Source: an uncultured bacterium
GTDB taxonomy: Bacteria; Zixibacteria; MSB-5A5; CAIYYT01
DNA length: 64,000 nucleotides
Assembly (NCBI GenBank): GCA_963726455.1
Contig: CAVSCK010000003.1
Span: 672,001 to 736,000 of the forward strand
Reading direction: 5' to 3'
In this document: piece after piece, positions 59,219-64,000 of the stretch
Position numbering within the stretch: position 1 is the stretch's first letter
How the letters are laid out: every line of letters begins with the position of its first letter
Made by a program: the position numbers and the translations under genes
The notes under the pieces: model-generated
The model's input: only the letters and a program-made list of their open reading frames with translations
The model's database searches: none
What the model was told of the DNA's origin: nothing

Positions 59219-59251
59219 ACGAAGCCCCGCCTGTGCCGGACGGGGCTTCGT
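59219..59251 (-). terminator. Hairpin after the subtilase gene
   Basis: ACGAAGCCCCG/CGGGGCTTCGT stem. Confidence 0.65.
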
Positions 59252-59298
59252 TGTTGTAAGACGTTCGCTGCGTGATGCAGCAGGTTGTCAAGAGGGGT

Positions 59299-61944
59299 TT
59301 ACTTCATCAACAGCATCTTTCTGGTGTCGACGATTCCGCCCGAAGTCATCCGATAGAAATAGACTCCCGAGGCAACCGCAGTACCGTTGGCATCTCTGCC
59401 GTCCCAGACAGCACTGTGCTGACCGGCAGACTGATACTCGTCGACCAGCGTTCTGATCTGCTGGCCAAGCAAGTTGATCACCACCAATTCCACATCGGCG
59501 GAATTCACCAACGAGTAGCTGATAGTCGTCGTCGGGTTGAACGGGTTCGGATAGTTCTGATTCAACTCGAACTGCGACGGCACCGGCGCGGTCTTGGCCA
59601 TCGGCTCCGAGGAAATGACTGCGTCGTCACCGGCGAATGACAGCGCCACGGTCGAACTCACGCAGAAATCATCGAAATCGCTATTTGAATTGTTGTATCC
59701 GCAGCCAACCTGTCCGGCGCGAACCGCGGCGAACTTGTACGTCTTCACCGAGGTGGTTCCGACCTTGGCGGTAACATTACCGTCTGCAGCGGCAACCACA
59801 GTTACGGCATACCAAGTACCGGAACTAAACGAGTAACTCGCGTAACCTCTGGTATAGTTCGTGCCGCTGGTTCTCTCAATGATGTTCACGCGATTGGAAA
59901 CGTCATCGAACTCGACCATGCGATAGTTGCTGGCATCGGTATATCCGAAAATGATGCGCGCCTTGCGCTGCGTGCGACCGGTGTTCATGCGCACGTCGGC
60001 GTTGATGGTGGCTGTCGTGAAGGAGCCAAACGGTGACGTCGTCTTGGCATTAGACGTTGTCGAGTTACCCTTCATATAGCCACCGGTCGCGGTCCAGGTG
60101 CCGGTCTTGTTCAGCCAGTTGGTGATGTTGCCATCGGCAAAATCATCACACTGTTGAGCCGGCGGAGTGGTGACCGTAATGTAGCCGGTCTTGGTCAAGG
60201 TGTTGGAACCATAGGCATTGGTCGCCGTCAGCGCGACTGTGTACGTTCCGGCAGTTGTGTAAATGTAGGACGGATTCTGCGCGGTCGAAGTGCCACCGTC
60301 GCCGAAAGTCCAACTCCAGCTTGTCGGAGTATTAGTCGACTGATCGGTGAAGGCCACGGTCAACGGCGCATTGCCCGACAATGGCGTGCCCGTAAAGGCC
60401 GCCACCGGCGGGTTCGTGTTCGGCGCCGACACAGTGATATAACCAGTCTTCGTAAGCGTGTTCGAACCGTATGCGTTGGTCGCGGTCAGAGCGACAGTGT
60501 AGGTACCGGCGGTGGTGTAAGTGTACGACGGATTCTTCAGAGTCGAGGTGCCACCGTCGCCAAAGGTCCAGGACCAACTGGTCGGAGTGTTAGTGGACGC
60601 ATCCGTGAAAGCGACTGTCAGTGGCGCAATGCCCGAAAGCGGAGTGCCAGAGAATGCTGCGACCGGCGGATTGTTTCCAATCGTCGCCAGCGCGGCGGCC
60701 GGGTTGACCAGGCCGTAACCGTAATACTGGTCCCAGCCCGCGGCGCCGAGATCCGTTGCCGTATTTTGCAGCGCAGCTCTGACGGCATCAGGGGTCATGC
60801 TGCCACCCGCTTTGGCAATTAACAATGCTGCCGCACCGGCCACGTGCGGGCAGGCCATGGACGTTCCGTCCATGAAGTAGTAACCGAAAGTAGTGTAGTT
60901 GACGCCATCATGCGTTTGCTGCAGCACGCCGTCAACGTATCCGTCACCGTTCTGGTCGACGGCCACATCTCCGCCGGGGGCGCAGATGTCGATTGTCGAG
61001 CCGTAGCTGGTGTACCACGTATAGGTACGATCGTAGCGAACGGCCGATACCGAGATGCACTGCGTATACGCTGCCGGATACTGGGCAGCAGAAGTTCCGG
61101 CATTACCGGCCGCGCAAACGATCGTAACGCCCGCGTTGTAAGCATAGATCACGGCGTTTTGCAGGGTCGATGAGCCCGCCGCACCGCCGAGACTCATGTT
61201 GATCACCTTCGCGCCGTTGTCGGCAGCATAGGTGATACCATTGGCAATGGCAGTATAAGTGCCCGAACCGGCTGAGTTCAGCACCTTCACCGGCATGATG
61301 CTGCAGTCGAAGGCCACGCCGGTCACGCCGAGACTGTTGTTAGTGGTCTGCGCAATGGTACCGGTAACGTGTGTGCCGTGACCGCAGTCATCGTTCGGAT
61401 GGCTGTCATTATTCACGAAATCATATCCGGGAACAAAATGGGTGCCGGCCAAATCCGGCGCCTGTGCGAACGAGCCATAGTTTTCGTAGGCCACGCCGCA
61501 GTCGATCACTGCAACCACGACGCCGGTGCCGGTCGATTGATCCCACGCCGCCGGCATGTTAATCAGCGGCATGTGCCACTGATAGACGTAGTATGGATCA
61601 TTCGGAGTCATGAACGCATAAGCGATGTAGTTTGGCTCAGCATATTCTACATCGGGCCGGGCTTTGAAAGCGGCGACCATATCTTCGACTGTCTTGCCCG
61701 CAGGGACTCCGAGCTGATTGAATCCCAACTGGGCATTAGTCGAAATCAATTTCGTGCCGAGCTCAGTAATAGCAGAATTCACCTGCGCCTTACTTACACC
61801 GTCTTTGAATTTCACAACAACTTCGCCTGGAGCGTACTCCTGGCTCATCGTGGTGACGCAGGACTTACCGATCTGGAATTTCTCAGCGGCGGGGGCAATA
61901 CTGAACAATGCAAACAGTAGAATTATCGTAGTAAATACTCTCAT
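59299..61944 (-). CDS. Secreted S8 subtilase with propeptide, two PKD domains, a ConA-like domain and a FlgD/T9SS-type C-terminal domain
   Basis: Catalytic triad AVIDCG, HGTHVTG and GTSMACPHVAG; WSWTFGDG twice; 'FELNQNYPNPFNPTTTISY...WDGRD..G..VASGVYFYR...RKMLLMK'. Confidence 0.93.
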   Translation of the reverse strand: MRVFTTIILLFALFSIAPAAEKFQIGKSCVTTMSQEYAPGEVVVKFKDGVSKAQVNSAITELGTKLISTNAQLGFNQLGVPAGKTVEDMVAAFKARPDVEYAEPNYIAYAFMTPNDPYYVYQWHMPLINMPAAWDQSTGTGVVVAVIDCGVAYENYGSFAQAPDLAGTHFVPGYDFVNNDSHPNDDCGHGTHVTGTIAQTTNNSLGVTGVAFDCSIMPVKVLNSAGSGTYTAIANGITYAADNGAKVINMSLGGAAGSSTLQNAVIYAYNAGVTIVCAAGNAGTSAAQYPAAYTQCISVSAVRYDRTYTWYTSYGSTIDICAPGGDVAVDQNGDGYVDGVLQQTHDGVNYTTFGYYFMDGTSMACPHVAGAAALLIAKAGGSMTPDAVRAALQNTATDLGAAGWDQYYGYGLVNPAAALATIGNNPPVAAFSGTPLSGIAPLTVAFTDASTNTPTSWSWTFGDGGTSTLKNPSYTYTTAGTYTVALTATNAYGSNTLTKTGYITVSAPNTNPPVAAFTGTPLSGNAPLTVAFTDQSTNTPTSWSWTFGDGGTSTAQNPSYIYTTAGTYTVALTATNAYGSNTLTKTGYITVTTPPAQQCDDFADGNITNWLNKTGTWTATGGYMKGNSTTSNAKTTSPFGSFTTATINADVRMNTGRTQRKARIIFGYTDASNYRMVEFDDVSNRVNIIERTSGTNYTRGYASYSFSSGTWYAVTVVAAADGNVTAKVGTTSVKTYKFAAVRAGQVGCGYNNSNSDFDDFCVSSTVALSFAGDDAVISSEPMAKTAPVPSQFELNQNYPNPFNPTTTISYSLVNSADVELVVINLLGQQIRTLVDEYQSAGQHSAVWDGRDANGTAVASGVYFYRMTSGGIVDTRKMLLMK
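60173..60669 (-). repeat. Two tandem PKD-domain repeats (period 258 nt)
   Basis: Near-identical 86-aa units PPVAAF.GTPLSG.APLTVAFTD... Confidence 0.85.
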
Positions 61945-62323
61945 TGTACTTGCCTTTCTTCAACGATGAGGTTCGTTGAATAAACAAAACGACGTTTGCC
62001 GATTACCGACTGTCAATACCTTTCCCTCGAATCAAACATCGGGGACAGGAGACATTCTCTGTCAAATACAATAGCATTGATCTCTTAGCTGCTCCCGATC
62101 ACCCCCTTCGCGCCAGAGACAAATTCAAGCGCATCGTTAGCTGCTCGATTATTGGGATGACAATAACTTCTTAAGCGAGTTCGCGACCGAAGTCGAAAAC
62201 CAAGCATCACTCGTCCTATGTTAGTTTTGACCCGAATACCGGGGATGTTGCACTAAATTTGATCGAAATTAAGGGTATTGAAAATCATTGTCAAGACGAA
62301 AGCGTTATCACTGCATAAGAATC

Positions 62324-62352
62324 TTGACAAAATAAGTCATTGATGTTATATT
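62324..62352 (+). promoter_or_regulatory. Sigma70 promoter TTGACA-17-TATATT with an extended -10 TG
   Basis: Lies upstream of ATG 62388. Confidence 0.75.
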
Positions 62353-62387
62353 TGTTATGCTCACGAAAGAAAGGCAGGAAACTTCAA

Positions 62388-64000
62388 ATGCAAGAGAGAC
62401 CCAAAATCTGGGTGGCGCTGGTATTAGCAGTCATGGCGCTGTGCCCGTACACGACCACTTATTCCCAGCAAAGTACGACCGGACCGATACCACCGGCGAA
62501 TATGGACCTTGGACTCAGGGCGCCAACCAAGTCGCAGCATCTAATCTACGGAGTGCCGATATACTTGTGGCAACACGGATGCGGACCAACGGCGCTGGGC
62601 ATGGTGATCGGATTTTGGGACGCCAACGGCTACGGCGATCTTGTGGTTGGCGACGCCTCGACTCAGACGGCCGAAGCAAACGCCATGATTGCAGACGATC
62701 ACGGATCCCCCAATTGTACTTCCGGACCACAGGACAACTATCGCGACTATGCTTGCCCGATTGACAACGCGCCGGGACCGTTGCTGACTGATCGTTCCCA
62801 GACGGGCGGCGCCCATACGAGCAACTGCGTCGCGGACTTCATGAAGACCTCGCAAAGTGCCTATTACAACTACTATGGCTGGAGCTGGTTCGAGGATATT
62901 CAGAATGCGTTTCTGGCTTACGTTGCCTACAAGATTCCAACGGCGAATCCCGCCGCTACCAGTTGGTCGTATTCCAGCTTTAGCTTCAATGACTACAAGA
63001 ATGAAATTGACCATCGTCGTCCGGTGGTGTTGCTCGTAGATAGTGACCAGGACGGAAACACTGATCACTTTGTACCGGGTATCGGTTATGACGATGCAAC
63101 ATTTTCCTATGCCGTGTACAACACCTGGGATATGAACATTCACTGGTATCCGTGGCGGCCCATGTCGCCCGGAGCGGCCTTCGGTATCTATGGTGTAACG
63201 ACTTTGGTGCTGGATGTCATTTGCACGGATTCCGACAGCGACGGTCTTGGCGATCCGGGACATCCCGAGAACACCTGCGCTACTGATAATTGCCCCTATG
63301 CCTACAATCCTGATCAGAAAGATGTGGACGGCGACGGACTGGGAGATGCTTGCGATCCCGATATTGACGGCGACGGCATTCTCAATGCTACCGACAACTG
63401 TCCGCACGTTATCAACCCCGGACAGGAGAACAGCGACACCGACAGCGTAGGCGACGCCTGCGACAACTGCCTGTTCGTTTATAATCCTGACCAGTTGGAT
63501 GAGAACAATGACGGTGTCGGCGACTGGTGCGACGGCTTGGTTCATATTCACAGTCAGGACATGCCGAATGCCTACTATGGAGTGCCGTATTACTATCGGT
63601 TCCATGTTGCCGGCGGCACCGCACCACTTAACTGGACGTATATCGGTGGGGATCTTCCCTATGGTCTTAACTTCGTTGGCGATACTACCGGCGTCCTCAG
63701 CGGCTCGCCAACCTACCGGGCTACCTTCTATTTCACGGTGGCCGTTGCCGACAATGAACCGATTCCTCGTTGCGATACGGTCGACATTACCATGAAGATT
63801 ACCGACCCGCCACCACCGCCGTACATTTGTGGTGACGCCAACGGGGATAAGGCGATTGACATATCTGACGTTGTCTTCTTGATCCAGTATATTTTCGCCG
63901 GCGGTCCCGCGCCGTCACCATTGGCAGCAGGCGACGCCAACTGCGATTTGTTCGTCGACATCTCCGATGCCGTCTACCTGATCGCCTACATCTTCGCGAG
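62388..64000 (+). CDS. Secreted C39/C10-like cysteine peptidase with thrombospondin type 3 repeats, an Ig-like domain and a dockerin-like tail (3'-partial; absent from the ORF track)
   Basis: Manual translation [19 protein letters not shown]...; [30 protein letters not shown]; DNCP...NPDQ.D.DGDG.GDACD repeats; [29 protein letters not shown]; no stop before the window edge. Confidence 0.85.
   Translation, partial: MQERPKIWVALVLAVMALCPYTTTYSQQSTTGPIPPANMDLGLRAPTKSQHLIYGVPIYLWQHGCGPTALGMVIGFWDANGYGDLVVGDASTQTAEANAMIADDHGSPNCTSGPQDNYRDYACPIDNAPGPLLTDRSQTGGAHTSNCVADFMKTSQSAYYNYYGWSWFEDIQNAFLAYVAYKIPTANPAATSWSYSSFSFNDYKNEIDHRRPVVLLVDSDQDGNTDHFVPGIGYDDATFSYAVYNTWDMNIHWYPWRPMSPGAAFGIYGVTTLVLDVICTDSDSDGLGDPGHPENTCATDNCPYAYNPDQKDVDGDGLGDACDPDIDGDGILNATDNCPHVINPGQENSDTDSVGDACDNCLFVYNPDQLDENNDGVGDWCDGLVHIHSQDMPNAYYGVPYYYRFHVAGGTAPLNWTYIGGDLPYGLNFVGDTTGVLSGSPTYRATFYFTVAVADNEPIPRCDTVDITMKITDPPPPPYICGDANGDKAIDISDVVFLIQYIFAGGPAPSPLAAGDANCDLFVDISDAVYLIAYIFA

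Noticed and set aside
60173-60669. Possible CRISPR or mobile repeat
   Set aside because: The repeats are in-frame PKD domains; no short direct repeats with unique spacers, cas genes, transposases or integrases were seen anywhere in the window.
62541-63605. 354-aa minus-strand ORF
   Set aside because: Antisense shadow of the real plus-strand gene starting at 62388.
1-64000. tRNA or rRNA genes
   Set aside because: No cloverleaf or rRNA-like segment was noticed in the intergenic regions by eye; tRNAscan-SE would be decisive.

Overview
A 64-kb bacterial chromosomal segment, probably from an FCB-group organism. Candidate division Zixibacteria is inferred from secreted proteins ending in paired dockerin-like '[23 protein letters not shown]' repeats and a FlgD/T9SS-type 'QNYPNPFNP' C-terminal domain. 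The flanks are housekeeping: glycosyltransferases, accA, mreCD-mrdA-rodA, cobB, pyrKDFE, uvrA, maeB, nfi, thiN, cysK and large secreted peptidases. The standout is a ~15-kb minus-strand operon (31.4-46.5 kb) encoding a Bacteroidota-type (T6SS-iii-like) type VI secretion core: TssH/ClpV, TssB, TssC, Hcp, VgrG, TssE, TssF, TssG and TssK. It has none of the known membrane-complex genes (no TssJLM, no TssNOPQR). Instead tssK is followed by a tail-anchored membrane protein, a membrane-anchored TRAFAC-type GTPase and a GAP1-N-like protein, mirroring the tssK-tssL-tssM-tagF order of T6SS-i. The ClpV is split into separate D1 and D2 genes. tssC and hcp carry six single-base insertions, probably consensus errors. 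Family assignments come from motif recognition and recalled family sequences; no database search was run.
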